Shown here piece by piece: positions 46,056 to 46,396 of a DNA stretch of 46,396 nt (its first letter is position 1; every line of letters begins with the position of its first letter). The notes beneath the pieces are model-generated. The model was not told the DNA's origin and made no database searches. It saw only the letters and a list, made by a program, of their open reading frames with translations. The position numbers were made by a program, and so were the translations under genes. This stretch comes from Candidatus Omnitrophota bacterium (GTDB lineage: Bacteria; Omnitrophota; Gorgyraeia; Gygaellales; Profunditerraquicolaceae): positions 1 to 46,396 of the forward strand of contig JADHYK010000003.1 in assembly GCA_016782485.1 (NCBI GenBank), given 5' to 3'.

Positions 46056-46396
46056 ATGCAGAGAGCTTTTACGCTTGTAGAATTATTGATAGTAGTGATT
46101 ATAATCGGTATCCTTGCTTCTATAGGCATTGTGCAGTACGGGACTGTTATAGAAAAATCCCGTAGTGCCGAAGCCTATTCGGTATTGGCTAATATTGTGG
46201 CTGCTGAGAAGGCGTATTTTGTGGAGAACGATGTTTATACCGCTACTTTTAGTAACTTGCATAGTTTTACCGCCGCGCCCCAGAGCGACAACTTCACTTA
46301 TAGTATTCCTTCGACTGACAGTAGCGCAGGATATGCCCAGGCAGCTAAGAAGGCAGGGACAGCCAGCTATGGAATGTGTTTAGCCAGCGGTAAAAG
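46056..46396 (+). CDS. Second type IV pilin (partial, runs off the window; not in ORF track)
   Basis: MQRA|FTLVELLIVVIIIGILASIGIVQYGTVIEKSRSAEA...; open to the end of the window. Confidence 0.9.
   Translation, partial: MQRAFTLVELLIVVIIIGILASIGIVQYGTVIEKSRSAEAYSVLANIVAAEKAYFVENDVYTATFSNLHSFTAAPQSDNFTYSIPSTDSSAGYAQAAKKAGTASYGMCLASGK

Noticed and set aside
45609-46383. ORF-track entries 45609..45821 and 46165..46383, and the many minus-strand ORFs across the window
   Set aside because: They are alternative-frame or antisense shadows of well-supported + strand genes (here the two pilins) and carry no motifs of their own.

Overview
A 46.4-kb bacterial chromosomal segment in which every credible gene lies on the + strand. 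Gene content and repeat style suggest a PVC-superphylum organism such as Ca. Omnitrophota; this is an inference and was not tested. In order, it holds envelope and hypothetical genes, a K+-dependent membrane pyrophosphatase (hppA), and a three-gene ECF sigma / zinc anti-sigma / CHAT(caspase-like)-TM-TPR module. Next come rplM-rpsI and a long arginine + lysine (DapL route) biosynthesis cluster (argCJBDFGH, lysA, dapF, dapA, dapB, dapL) interrupted by an AT-rich nucleotidyltransferase + small-ORF pair. These are followed by folK-panC-nadX, a small very basic two-repeat protein, uvrA, a TPR-ExbB-ExbD-TonB-like cluster and a type IV pilus/T2SS-like operon ending in two pilins. Two things stand out. 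(1) A CRISPR-independent, membrane-anchored caspase-like protease with an intact His/Cys dyad is encoded beside a soluble anti-sigma and an ECF sigma, suggesting a proteolytic transmembrane signalling switch. (2) A pervasive family of modular, nested palindromic DNA elements shares a tandem G.A-mismatch pattern (TGAG...CGAA). They sit between genes and are also inserted in frame in dapF (2 x 111 bp) and uvrA (72 bp), and one supplies the stop codon of dapL. Several heptamer/hexamer microsatellite tracts and hairpins are also present. No rRNA, tRNA, CRISPR array, transposase or integrase was seen.
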